Part shown: in pieces, positions 33,179 through 42,426 of the stretch | How positions within the stretch are numbered: the stretch's first letter is position 1 | How the letters are laid out: every line of letters starts with the position of its first letter | Source of the DNA: Bryobacteraceae bacterium | Lineage (GTDB): Bacteria > Acidobacteriota > Terriglobia > Bryobacterales > Bryobacteraceae | Reading direction: 5' to 3' | NCBI GenBank assembly: GCA_041485845.1 | Contig: JBGPKH010000001.1 | Span: forward strand, 1-51,446 | Length of the DNA stretch: 51,446 nucleotides | Made by a program: the position numbers and the translations under genes | Notes under the pieces: generated by a model | Database searches by the model: none | The model's input: the letters and a program-made list of their open reading frames with translations, nothing else | What the model was told of the DNA's origin: nothing

Positions 33179-34429
33179 TCAGCCGGCATTTGGCTGGCTG
33201 AAGGCCTGGCTGCCAGCCTGCCCCACCTTGCCGTCCCAGGCGTAAGTCTTCCCGTAACGGACCGCCAGCACACCCATCAGCGTGGGGAGCGTCGAGTAGA
33301 ATCCGGTGTCGATGCTGACGAGCGGATCCTGACGGCTCTTCACGCAGTCGAGGAAGTTGCGGACGTGCGCGTGGTCGGACGGCCCGCCGGCATAGGGGGA
33401 GCTCTGGCTGACCGGCTCAAACGGCGCAGCGGCGGCGGACCCGCGGGGAGCCGGGTTCGCGCGGAAGCGGTATCCGGTCCGGTTCACCTGAAGCCATCCG
33501 ACGGCGCCCAGGAAGTGGTTTCCCTGAACGTCGAAGTCCGGACTCTGGCGCACGCAGTTGGTGTAAGTCATGACGAACTTGGGATATTTCCAGGTGACCG
33601 CCATGGTGTCGGGCAACTGTTCGGGCAGGGGCGCGGCGCGGACGTACTGTCCCGACGCGCTGCAGGTGAGAGGCTCCTGCGCGTTCATGTACCAGTGCGC
33701 CACATCGGTGAGGTGCGTTCCCCAGTCGAGCAGCGTGCCGCCGGAATAGTCGTAGAAAGAGCGCCACGAGCGCTGCCGCATGGCAGTGTAGGGGCGGCGT
33801 TCGGCGGGTCCCTGGAAGAGATCCCAATCGAGGTCCGGCGGCGGATCGGTGGGCTCGCCGGCGGGCCGCGTATAGTTGCCCTGGTAGACGCACTCCACGT
33901 GGTACACGTTGCCAATCAGACCGTCCTGCACGCGTTTGGCGTTGGCCTGGAAGTGGTCCCAGGAGCGCTGCTGCAGGCCGATCTGCACGACGCGCTTGTA
34001 CTGGCGGACCGCGGCGCGCATCTTCTGGCCCACTTCGATGCTGTTGCTGAGCGGCTTCTCGCAGTAAGCGTCCTTGCCTGCCTGGCTGGCCTCGATGACC
34101 ATGGGGCCGTGCCAGTGATCGGGCGTGGTGATGAGCACCGCGTCGACGTCCTTGCGGTCGAGCACCTTGCGGTAGTCGGTGACGGGCTCGGGCTTGCTCT
34201 TGGTTTTCTCGCCCAGGCGGGCGGCCTGCTGCTCGCGCGTGGGCTTGAAGACGTCGCACACTGCCACGAGCTCCACGTCGGGAAAGTCGGTGAAGACTCC
34301 TCCGACGTAGCTGCCGCGGGTGCCGGCGCCGAGGATGGCAAATCGGATTCGATCGTTCGCGCCGATGGCGGAGCGCGAGAGAGCCGCGGTGGCAGCGGTG
34401 CTGACCAGAAACCTGCGTCTGCTTTGCAT
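33179..34429 (-). CDS. Gfo/Idh/MocA-family oxidoreductase with Tat signal
   Basis: Start at MQSRRRFLVSTAATAAL (twin-arginine). Rossmann IRFAILGAGTRGS, and ...VLITTPDHWHGPMVIEASQAGKDAYCEKPL. Confidence 0.88.
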   Translation of the reverse strand: MQSRRRFLVSTAATAALSRSAIGANDRIRFAILGAGTRGSYVGGVFTDFPDVELVAVCDVFKPTREQQAARLGEKTKSKPEPVTDYRKVLDRKDVDAVLITTPDHWHGPMVIEASQAGKDAYCEKPLSNSIEVGQKMRAAVRQYKRVVQIGLQQRSWDHFQANAKRVQDGLIGNVYHVECVYQGNYTRPAGEPTDPPPDLDWDLFQGPAERRPYTAMRQRSWRSFYDYSGGTLLDWGTHLTDVAHWYMNAQEPLTCSASGQYVRAAPLPEQLPDTMAVTWKYPKFVMTYTNCVRQSPDFDVQGNHFLGAVGWLQVNRTGYRFRANPAPRGSAAAAPFEPVSQSSPYAGGPSDHAHVRNFLDCVKSRQDPLVSIDTGFYSTLPTLMGVLAVRYGKTYAWDGKVGQAGSQAFSQPNAG

Positions 34430-34437
34430 GTGATCCT

Positions 34438-35376
34438 TCAATTCACCTTGGGATGAGAAGTGGTGCTGCCTTCGGATCTCCGCATGGCCCACTTGATGGC
34501 TTCCAGATACATCTTCTGCACGTCGGGATTCTCCCACGCCTCGCTGGTGTGTCCGAGACTGGAATAGAAGACGCGGCCCTTGCCGTACATTTTCGACCAG
34601 GCGATGGCCTGATCCTTGTCGGGGCGGGTGGCAGCCACGCCGTACTGCGGGTTGGTGTAGTTGAGCTGCGATTCGTCGAGCCGCATGAGCACGTTCACCT
34701 TGTCGCGCGACCAGTTCTTCGGCGAATACATTTCGTCGTGAATGAAGAGTCGCGGCGGGAAGTGGCGCATGGCGGGGAAGGTGGGATCTTCGACGATCAC
34801 CGGCGCGTCGAAGGTTCCCCACGGGTGGGCTTGAAACCAGCCTCCGGTCATTTCGGCGAACTCCGGCCAGTCGTAGTTGGCGTCGATGGCGGCATGGGCA
34901 AGAACCAGTCCTTTGCCGTCATCGTGCACGAAGGCGAGCAGCGACTGCTTCTGTTCGTCGTCCAGTTTCCAGTTGCCGGTGGTATTGACGAACACCACGG
35001 CGTCAAACCAATCCAGGCTGTGGGCCTCGCTGGAGGGCGGCTTCTTGGTGACCCACTCCATGTCGGTCTTGATCTCGGTGTCCCAGACCTGGGAGTCCTT
35101 GCCGAGCTTCCAGAAGGTAGCAACGGCGTTGGAGGTGGAGCCGTGGTGGTAGCCGCGGGTCATACCGACCACCAGGAGGTGCTTCCTGGGAACGGGCGCG
35201 GGCCCGCCGCGTCCGCCGGGAACGGGAGTACCGCGGCCGCCACGGCCCGGCTGGGCGGTGGCGCCGGGAGGCTGGGGCTGGCTTTGCGGCGCCTGGGCTC
35301 GGGTGGCGCCGATCCAGAGAGCCGCTCCGCTCAACGCCAACAGCGTGGTGCAGGCTGATGTCGACAGTTTACGCAT
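34438..35376 (-). CDS. ThuA-domain protein (secreted)
   Basis: Signal peptide, a Gly/Arg/Pro tract, then ...FDAVVFVNTTG...LLAFVHDDGKGLVLAHAA...GWFQAHPWG...RVFYSSLGH, typical of ThuA. Adjacent to a Gfo/Idh/MocA gene, as is usual for this pairing. Confidence 0.88.
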   Translation of the reverse strand: MRKLSTSACTTLLALSGAALWIGATRAQAPQSQPQPPGATAQPGRGGRGTPVPGGRGGPAPVPRKHLLVVGMTRGYHHGSTSNAVATFWKLGKDSQVWDTEIKTDMEWVTKKPPSSEAHSLDWFDAVVFVNTTGNWKLDDEQKQSLLAFVHDDGKGLVLAHAAIDANYDWPEFAEMTGGWFQAHPWGTFDAPVIVEDPTFPAMRHFPPRLFIHDEMYSPKNWSRDKVNVLMRLDESQLNYTNPQYGVAATRPDKDQAIAWSKMYGKGRVFYSSLGHTSEAWENPDVQKMYLEAIKWAMRRSEGSTTSHPKVN

Positions 35377-35563
35377 GCGATCTGCCTTTCGGAACGCTTA
35401 TTCTCGCCGGTTTCACGTCCGGCGTCAAAGGGGTTCGGAGCTTGAGAACTGAAAATAACAGAGATTTCGCAACGGCGTCTCCCGATTCAGGACCTTCGCT
35501 TTGAGCGACGCTAAAAAGCCCCCCGCAGGGTCGTCCCGCAGCCTGGGTATATAATGGCCCAAA

Positions 35564-38500
35564 ATGCGCAAACTACGTCTTACGGTGCTGATTTCGGCCG
35601 CTGCGGCTCTGTGTGCGGCCGCGGTGTACGATCCCTCGATCTTCGCCTCGCTGCAATGGCGGAGCATCGGGCCTGCGCGCGGCGGGCGATCCATCACCGC
35701 GGCCGGAAGTCCCAGCCGCCCGAATGAGTATTACTTCGGCGCCACCGGCGGCGGCCTGTGGAAGACCACCGACGGCGGCCTGACCTGGCGGGCGGTCACC
35801 GACGGCCAGCTCCACAGCTCATCGGTGGGCGCGGTGGCGGTTTCGGAATCGAACCCCGACGTCGTCTACCTCGGCATGGGCGAGACGGAGCTGCGCGGCA
35901 ACATCATGCAGGGCGATGGCGTCTACAAGTCGACCGACTCCGGGAGGACATGGAAGCACATCGGCCTCGCGGACACGCAGGCGATTTCGCGCATCCGCAT
36001 TCATCCGGCCAATCCCGATGTCGTGTATGTTTCGGCGCTGGGGCATCCGTACGGCAAGAACGCGGAGCGCGGCGTGTTCCGCTCCCAGGACGGCGGCGCC
36101 ACCTGGCAGAAAGTGCTCTATCGCAACGACCATGCGGGCGCGGTGGATCTGTCGATGGACCCGCACAACCCGCAGGTGCTTTTCGCCGCGATCTGGGACG
36201 CCAACCGGACGCCGTGGAGCCTGACCAGCGGCGGCGACGCTAGCGGCCTGTTCAAGACCACCGACGGCGGCGGCCACTGGACCGAGATCACGCGGAACTC
36301 CGGCCTGCCGCAGGGAATCGTTGGGAAGATCGGGGTCGCGGTCTCGGGCGCCGATTCCAATCGCGTGTACGCCATCGTGGAAAACGAGAACGGCGGCGTG
36401 TTCGTCAGCGACGACGGCGGTGCTGCCTGGAAGAAGGTCAGTGAGGATCGCAGCCTCCGCCAGCGCGCCTTCTATTACAGCCGCACCTACGCCGACCCGA
36501 AGGCCAAGGACACGATGTACGTGCTCAACACGGGCTTCTACAAATCCACCGACGGCGGCAAGACCTATCGGCAGCTTCGCCCGCCGCATGGCGACAACCA
36601 CGACCTGTGGATCGACCCCACGAATCCGCTGCGCATGATCAACAGCAACGATGGCGGCGGCAACGTCTCCATCAACGGCGGGCAGACGTGGACCGGCCAG
36701 CAGTACGCCACCGCGCAGCTCTACCACGTGGCGGTGACGCGCGACATTCCGTATCACGTGTGCGGCGCCCAGCAGGACAGCTCGACCATCTGCGTGCCGA
36801 GCTCGGGCGGAGGGGGGCGCGGAGGTGGCGGGGGCGGTGGCCGCGGCGCGGTCAACAGCTACAGCGTGGGCGGCGGTGAGAGCGGCTACATCGCGCCGCA
36901 TCCTACTAATCCCAACCTGTTCTATGCCGGCAGCCAGGGCGCGCTGCTCACGCGCTTCGACCGGCGCACCAGCTACTCCCGTGACATCCAGGTGTACCCG
37001 CTGTTCTTCTCGGGCGAATCGGCCGGCTCGCTGCCCGAGCGCTGGCAGTGGACCTTCCCCATCGTTTTTTCGCCGCTCAATCCCGACGTGATCTACACCT
37101 CGTCGCAGCACCTGTGGAAGACCACCGACGACGGGCACAGTTGGCAGAAGATCAGTCCCGATCTGACGCGCAACGATCCCCAGACGCTCGGCGATTCGGG
37201 CGGACCCATCACGCACGACCAGAACGGTCCGGAAATTTACGGGACCATTTTCACCATCGCGCCTTCGCGCAAGGATGCCAACACCATCTGGACGGGCTCG
37301 GACGACGGGCTGGTATACATCACCCGCGACGGCGGCAAGAACTGGAGCAAGATCACGCCGCCGGGGATGCCGGACTTCGGCCGCGTGAGCCTGATCGACG
37401 CATCGCCCCACAACCCCGCGGCCGCCTACGTGGCGGTGAAGAACTACCAGAACGACGACCGCAAGCCGTACATCTTCAAGACCGCGGACTTTGGCAAGAG
37501 CTGGACCAAGATTGTAAACGGCATTCCCGGCCACGACTACGTGCATGCGGTGCGCGAAGATCCGGGGCGGGCCGGGCTGCTGTTCGCCGGAGCCGAGCAC
37601 GGCATCTACGTGTCCTTCGACGACGGCGCGCAGTGGCAATCGATTTCGCTCAATCTGCCGGACACGCAGGTCTCGGACCTGGTGATCGAGGGGAAGGACG
37701 TCGTCATTGCCACGCACGGCCGCTCGTTCTACATCCTCGACGACATCACCCCGCTGCGGCAGCTTACCCCGTCGCTCGTGACCGAAGACGTGCACCTCTT
37801 CCGTCCGCCCGCCGCACAGCGCAACGTCAACGCGGCGCGCATCGACTACTTCCTGAGGCAGGCGGCCGATAAGATCGCGATCGACATCCTGGACGCCAAG
37901 GGACAGGCGGTGCGCTCGTTCACCGGCAGCCCGGAGGAGGACCGCAATCGCGCCGCGAGTGGGCGCGGGGGACGCGGCGCGGGCGGGGCAGGCGCGCCGG
38001 CCCCTGAGGATGCCGCCGCTCCCGCCGAGGGCGGCGACGATTTCGGCGGTGGAGGTGGTGGCGGCGGCGGACGCGGCGGAGCCGCTGCGCCACCCGTGCC
38101 GCGCAAGGCCGGCATCAACCACTTCCAATGGGACGGACGTTATCCCGGCGCCAAGACTTTCCAGGGCATGGTCCTCTGGGGAGGCAGCACGCAGGGACCG
38201 ATGGCCGTGCCGGGAACCTACCAGGTGCGGCTCACGGCCAATGGCAAGACGCTCAGCGAGATGTTCGAGATCCAGAAGGACCCGCGGCTGGACAACGTGA
38301 CCATCGCCGATCTCGCCGAGCAGTTCGCGTTGGCGATGAAGGTACGCGACAAGGTCTCCGTAGCGGACGAGATGGTGATCCTGGTCCGCGAGTTGAAGAA
38401 GCAGATGGACGACCGGCTGAAGAAGAACCAGGACGCCGCGCTCAAGACTGCCTTGGACAACTTCCGCGCGAAGCTCAGCGCGGTGGAGGAGGAGGTCTAC

Positions 38501-38776
38501 CAGGTGCGCAACCGCAGCGGCCAGGATCCGCTCAACTTCCCGATCAAGCTGAACAACAAGCTGGCCGCGCTGGGTTCCAGCGTCGAGCGCGGCGACGGCC
38601 AACCGACCGCCGCGTCGGCCGAGGTGTTCAAGGTGTTGTCCGACCGGCTGGCCGTGCAGAAGACCAAGCTCGATGCTACGTTGAAAACGGATCTGCCGGC
38701 GGTGAACAAGCTGCTGGCAGACCGGCGCCTGGATGCGCTGACGCCCACGACAACGGAATCGAAGGAAACCCCATGA
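35564..38776 (+). CDS. BNR/Asp-box repeat, sortilin/Vps10-like beta-propeller protein (secreted)
   Basis: 1070 aa with a signal peptide. More than 10 Asp-box-like motifs (TTDGGLTWRA, STDSGRTWKH, SQDGGATWQK, TTDGGGHWTE, SDDGGAAWKK, STDGGKTYRQ, TTDDGHSWQK, TRDGGKNWSK, TADFGKSWTK, FDDGAQWQS) and two poly-Gly/Arg inserts. Confidence 0.88.
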   Translation: MRKLRLTVLISAAAALCAAAVYDPSIFASLQWRSIGPARGGRSITAAGSPSRPNEYYFGATGGGLWKTTDGGLTWRAVTDGQLHSSSVGAVAVSESNPDVVYLGMGETELRGNIMQGDGVYKSTDSGRTWKHIGLADTQAISRIRIHPANPDVVYVSALGHPYGKNAERGVFRSQDGGATWQKVLYRNDHAGAVDLSMDPHNPQVLFAAIWDANRTPWSLTSGGDASGLFKTTDGGGHWTEITRNSGLPQGIVGKIGVAVSGADSNRVYAIVENENGGVFVSDDGGAAWKKVSEDRSLRQRAFYYSRTYADPKAKDTMYVLNTGFYKSTDGGKTYRQLRPPHGDNHDLWIDPTNPLRMINSNDGGGNVSINGGQTWTGQQYATAQLYHVAVTRDIPYHVCGAQQDSSTICVPSSGGGGRGGGGGGGRGAVNSYSVGGGESGYIAPHPTNPNLFYAGSQGALLTRFDRRTSYSRDIQVYPLFFSGESAGSLPERWQWTFPIVFSPLNPDVIYTSSQHLWKTTDDGHSWQKISPDLTRNDPQTLGDSGGPITHDQNGPEIYGTIFTIAPSRKDANTIWTGSDDGLVYITRDGGKNWSKITPPGMPDFGRVSLIDASPHNPAAAYVAVKNYQNDDRKPYIFKTADFGKSWTKIVNGIPGHDYVHAVREDPGRAGLLFAGAEHGIYVSFDDGAQWQSISLNLPDTQVSDLVIEGKDVVIATHGRSFYILDDITPLRQLTPSLVTEDVHLFRPPAAQRNVNAARIDYFLRQAADKIAIDILDAKGQAVRSFTGSPEEDRNRAASGRGGRGAGGAGAPAPEDAAAPAEGGDDFGGGGGGGGGRGGAAAPPVPRKAGINHFQWDGRYPGAKTFQGMVLWGGSTQGPMAVPGTYQVRLTANGKTLSEMFEIQKDPRLDNVTIADLAEQFALAMKVRDKVSVADEMVILVRELKKQMDDRLKKNQDAALKTALDNFRAKLSAVEEEVYQVRNRSGQDPLNFPIKLNNKLAALGSSVERGDGQPTAASAEVFKVLSDRLAVQKTKLDATLKTDLPAVNKLLADRRLDALTPTTTESKETP

Positions 38777-40257
38777 ACCGAAGAAACTTTCTCCACACCA
38801 CCGCGGCCGGCGCTCTCGCCGCCGCGGCCAGCGCGGCGCCGCCCGCTACCAACAAGATGATCGGCATCCAGGTGGGCGCCGTATCCTTCGTCGATGAAGG
38901 CGTCGAGAAGGTGCTGGATGAATTCCAGCAGGACGCCTCCATCAACACGCTCTTCGTGGCCACCTTCACCTACGGCCGCGGCATCGCGGGCCGGCAGGTG
39001 CCGGGCAATCCGCTGCCCGATCACGGCAAGCAGGAATACGATAACGGCAGCGGCCCGGGAACCTTCCACGGGGGATCCTACACCAAGATCCACTCGCAAT
39101 ACTACAAGGACACCGTCCTCCAGGATTTCCGCGCGCCGGAGTTCGGCGATTACGACGTCCTGGAGGCTGTCATCCCGTCGGCCCGCAAACGCGGGATGAA
39201 GACCATCTGCTGGTTCGAAGACGTGTGGAGCAACAGCGTTCCCAATGTACAGCAGGCGCAGGAGCGCAACTTCGACGGCACCCACGCCACCACCCTGTGC
39301 TTCAACAATCCCAACTACCACAACTGGCTGCTGGGAATGGTGGAGGACTACGCGCGGTCGTACGAGATCGATGGGATCATGTGGGGCTCCGAGCGGCAGG
39401 GCGCGTTTGCCAACGCTCTGCGCGGGGCGCATGGAGGGGCAGCCGGCAATCCCGTCAAGGTCACGTGCTTCTGTGAATTCTGCGAGCGCAGGGCGCAGCA
39501 GCGCGGAATCAACGTCGCGCGGGCGCGCGAGGGGTTCCAGGCGCTGGCCAACTTCGCGCAGGCGAGCCGCAACGGGCGGCGGCCGGTGGATGGCTACTAC
39601 GTCACCTTGTGGCGGTTGATGCTGAGGTATCCGGAGCTGCTGGCGTGGGAGATGCTGTGGACCGACAGCCTGCGCGACACCTACTCGGCGATGTACAACA
39701 AGGTGAAATCGGTGAAGGCGTCGGTGGGCGTGGGCTGGCACATCTGGCACAACAACTCGTTCAGCCCGATCTATCGCGCGGAGCAGGACCTCTCGGTGAT
39801 CTCGCCGTACTCGGACTTTCTGAAAATGGTGATGTACCACAATTGCGGCGGCGAGCGCATGGCCGGCTACATCCGCAATATCGGGCAGACCATGTTCGGC
39901 GACGTGCCGCACCAGGAGTTACTGGACTTCCACTATCGTGTGCTCGACTACAAGCAGGAGAAAAACCTGGAGCAGTTGCCGGTGACTGGCTTCTCCGCGG
40001 ACTACGTCTACCGCGAGGCCAAGCGGGCGCGCGAGGCGCTGAACGGGACGAAGACGCAACTGTGGCCGGGCATCGACATCGATATTCCGACCGCCCGCGC
40101 CTCCAGCAAGTCCGCTCCGGATGGGACGCGCGACGCCGTGCTCGCGGCATTCCGCGCCGGCGCCGACGGAGTGCTGCTCTCGCGCAAGTACTCCGAAATG
40201 AAGCTGGCCAATCTGCGGGGCGCCGGAGCGGCGATCAAGCAACTGGGTCTGGCATAG
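38773..40257 (+). CDS. Tat-signal hypothetical protein, possibly glycoside-hydrolase-like TIM barrel
   Basis: The ATG overlaps the upstream stop (ATGA). MNRRNFLHTTAAGALAAAASA (twin-arginine-like). 494 aa with good GC3. The function call is a weak inference from alternating beta/alpha character and genomic context. Confidence 0.7.
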   Translation: MNRRNFLHTTAAGALAAAASAAPPATNKMIGIQVGAVSFVDEGVEKVLDEFQQDASINTLFVATFTYGRGIAGRQVPGNPLPDHGKQEYDNGSGPGTFHGGSYTKIHSQYYKDTVLQDFRAPEFGDYDVLEAVIPSARKRGMKTICWFEDVWSNSVPNVQQAQERNFDGTHATTLCFNNPNYHNWLLGMVEDYARSYEIDGIMWGSERQGAFANALRGAHGGAAGNPVKVTCFCEFCERRAQQRGINVARAREGFQALANFAQASRNGRRPVDGYYVTLWRLMLRYPELLAWEMLWTDSLRDTYSAMYNKVKSVKASVGVGWHIWHNNSFSPIYRAEQDLSVISPYSDFLKMVMYHNCGGERMAGYIRNIGQTMFGDVPHQELLDFHYRVLDYKQEKNLEQLPVTGFSADYVYREAKRAREALNGTKTQLWPGIDIDIPTARASSKSAPDGTRDAVLAAFRAGADGVLLSRKYSEMKLANLRGAGAAIKQLGLA

Positions 40258-40270
40258 TAGGAAAGCCCTC

Positions 40271-40501
40271 CCGGCCCGATGCCGCTTATTTTAGGCACAA
40301 TCGGATGTTCGTCATTCATTGTGGGGCGGACCCCCTGGTCCGCGGCCCGACGCCCTCGTCGGCCTTTCGCGGAATACATGCGACGGATGGGATTGGGCGA
40401 ACAGCGGGACGGGGGCGTCCCGCGCGGACCAGGGGCGTCCGCCCCACGACTTGTGCAGAATTCCCGGCGCTGCCTAAAGTAAGCGGAATTGGGCCTCCCG
40501 G
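40271..40501. repeat. Nested-palindrome (MITE/REP-like) element, about 231 bp
   Basis: The outer arms (40271-40297 and 40471-40501) match in reverse complement with 3 mismatches over the 25-nt core. The inner arms gtggggcggaccccctggtccgcg (40321-40344) and cgcgcggaccaggggcgtccgccccac (40421-40447) match with 1 indel. There are also small internal hairpins (ccgacg-ccc-tcgtcgg; gggacg-gggg-cgtccc). Confidence 0.7.
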
Positions 40502-40684
40502 CCTGTCCCGTTGATCGAAAGCAGGCCTCGTTTGCGCCCTACTGATTGATGGCCTGCCTTGCATCGATTCTCATCGGCTTACTCACGCAAGGGGATACCG
40601 GCGGAACGCGAGCGGCCCATCCTGCGTGTGGCGGAGGAACGGCACGCGGAACTGGCCAGTGACATTCGTTCCTAGGACGACCGC

Positions 40685-41047
40685 GTGGCCGAGACGGCGA
40701 TGCACCCCGTCGTCAAGCTCACCGCGATCCATCCGGATGTCGTGCAGGCTATCCGCGACGTGGCGCGCGACCTCGCCGGTGACATCCGGCGCTTCAATGC
40801 GATGCAAACCGGTGAAACCGGCTACGTCGATCTCGGCGCGCGCATCCGCGGCCGGTTCGGCGACTGGCATCGCGCCTGGTGGACCGTCCATCGCGTCACT
40901 GGCCTGGATGGCCGCCCGCCGCTCGAGGAGTTGCTGGCGCTGGCCAGGGTGCGTTCGGATAAGGGCTTCATGCAGGAAGTGATCTTGAACGCCGAAGCTC
41001 ACCTGGCTAGCCCGTCGAGCAGCAGGAGGATGTCGGAGCCGGGTTGA
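40685..41047 (+). CDS. Hypothetical protein
   Basis: 120-aa ORF with a GTG start. Third-position G+C is clearly higher than in the codon-aligned antisense ORF 40583-41002, and codon position 1 is G-rich. No family recognised and no clear RBS. Confidence 0.4.
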   Translation: MAETAMHPVVKLTAIHPDVVQAIRDVARDLAGDIRRFNAMQTGETGYVDLGARIRGRFGDWHRAWWTVHRVTGLDGRPPLEELLALARVRSDKGFMQEVILNAEAHLASPSSSRRMSEPG

Positions 41048-41059
41048 GTCACTCGCACA

Positions 41060-41344
41060 CTACACGACTCGCAGAATCTCCCGGCCGCCGCTTTCCCAGA
41101 GCTCGGTGTAGCCCTTCATTTTGGCCTTCCAGTCCGGATTGGACATGTAGTCCTTCCAGCGAGCTTCCATATCGGCGAAACTGTCGACCTCGGTCTCCAT
41201 GATTACGCGGTTGAATTCGCCGGTCATATCGGTGAGCACGCGGCTCTTGCCGGGCGCAGAGATCGCGCTGATCTCTTTCAGCAGGGACGCCAGCGGCCCG
41301 GCCTGTCCCGGTTTGGCGACAAAGTACTCTCGCAGAATATACAT
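41060..41344 (-). CDS. Small alpha+beta protein (NIPSNAP/dimeric alpha-beta-barrel-like, tentative)
   Basis: GGAGGAG RBS. The 94 aa read MYILREYFVAKPGQAGPLASLLKEI...VIMETEVDSFADMEARWKDYMSNPDWKAKMKGY. Confidence 0.65.
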   Translation of the reverse strand: MYILREYFVAKPGQAGPLASLLKEISAISAPGKSRVLTDMTGEFNRVIMETEVDSFADMEARWKDYMSNPDWKAKMKGYTELWESGGREILRVV

Positions 41345-41410
41345 GTGTTCTCCTCCGGAACACGATTATACCGGATGCGGAATTGGCCGGCGAAACCGCC
41401 TGCCCCACCC

Positions 41411-42349
41411 CTACCGGCGCCACTCGGCGATCTGTTCCCGCATCTTCGCCGCCTGCGGCCAATCGGGGTGGTGCTTCAGAAATTCATCCAGGTCGGCGGC
41501 GGCGGCCGATCGCTCACCACGCCGGAGGTGGATCTCCGCCAGGAAGAGCTGCGGGTGGGAGAAGTGGGCCGGGTCGATCTGCCGCGCCTGCGCGAAGTGC
41601 TTCTCGGCCAGTTCCATCTTCCCCAGCTCGAAGTAGGTCATGCCGAGTTGCGAATTGGCCAGCGCATCGTTGGGACGGGTGAGCACGGCGTACACGTTGT
41701 ACTTCCAGGCCTCGTCCAGGTTGTGCAGGTTGACCAGCACGCCTCCCAGGTTCACCAGCGGCTCGTACGCCCCGGGGTCGGCGTCCAAGGCTGCGCGAAA
41801 ACATTCCTCGGCGCGTTCGTAGTGGCGGGTCTGGTAGGCGATGGTTCCCAGATTGTTCCAGGCCGCGGAGAACTGCGGCGCGATCTCCACCGCCCGCTGC
41901 AAGCGCTTCACGGCGGAATCGATGTCGCGGCGGGCGAGGTCCTTCTGCGCGTCTTCGTACTCGCGCACGGCCTTTTCCGGCACCGCGAGCTGCTTTGCGG
42001 GAACGGAATGCCGGCGTCGCAAGACGTCAGCCACCACGAAGTCGGATTCCTTGAAGTTCAGGGTGAGTCGCACGCGCTGCCGCGCGTCGGCCGTGCCGGG
42101 GCCCACTTCCACGGTCTGGCGCGCTTCCCCGCGCCCGGGCACGAATATCGAAAGGGTGTAGGCGCCCGGCTGCAGTTTCTTGAAGGTGAACCGGCCGTCA
42201 TCGCTCAGGGTGGTAGCGACGAACGGACTGGCCACGCCGAATAGCGAGACCGAGGCCCGCCCTTCCGGTGAGAACCTTCCGGACAGTTCGTACGGCTGTT
42301 GACAGAAGGCCGCCACCACAAACAGAGCCGGCAACCACAAGCGAGTCAT
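41411..42349 (-). CDS. Secreted CarboxypepD_reg-like domain plus TPR-repeat protein
   Basis: Start at MTRLWLPALFVVAAFCQ. N-terminal beta-sandwich (GRFTFKKLQPGAYTLSIFVPGRGE), then TPR repeats (AWNNLGTIAYQTRHYERAEECFRAALDADPG..., ANSQLGMTYFELGKMELAEKHFAQARQIDP). Confidence 0.8.
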   Translation of the reverse strand: MTRLWLPALFVVAAFCQQPYELSGRFSPEGRASVSLFGVASPFVATTLSDDGRFTFKKLQPGAYTLSIFVPGRGEARQTVEVGPGTADARQRVRLTLNFKESDFVVADVLRRRHSVPAKQLAVPEKAVREYEDAQKDLARRDIDSAVKRLQRAVEIAPQFSAAWNNLGTIAYQTRHYERAEECFRAALDADPGAYEPLVNLGGVLVNLHNLDEAWKYNVYAVLTRPNDALANSQLGMTYFELGKMELAEKHFAQARQIDPAHFSHPQLFLAEIHLRRGERSAAAADLDEFLKHHPDWPQAAKMREQIAEWRR

Positions 42350-42426
42350 TTGCCGATTCGATTGTAATCCGGGACAGTAAAGAAAGATAGCCACGAATGA
42401 ACACGAATGAACACGAATAAGAATGG

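Noticed and set aside
40559-40675. A possible third in-frame stop. Sequence upstream of TAG 40673-40675 is open in the same frame as ORF 40685-41047, back to TTG 40559 (...ERPILRVAEERHAELASDIRS-TAG-DDRV...).
   Set aside because: The upstream 38 codons have only moderate coding character and no recognisable family, so a read-through or nonsense interpretation cannot be supported from sequence alone.
40583-41002. 139-aa minus-strand ORF overlapping the plus-strand ORF 40685-41047.
   Set aside because: It is the exact codon-aligned antisense of the plus ORF. The plus frame has clearly higher G+C at position 3 and G-enrichment at position 1, so I kept the plus-strand call, itself only at 0.4.
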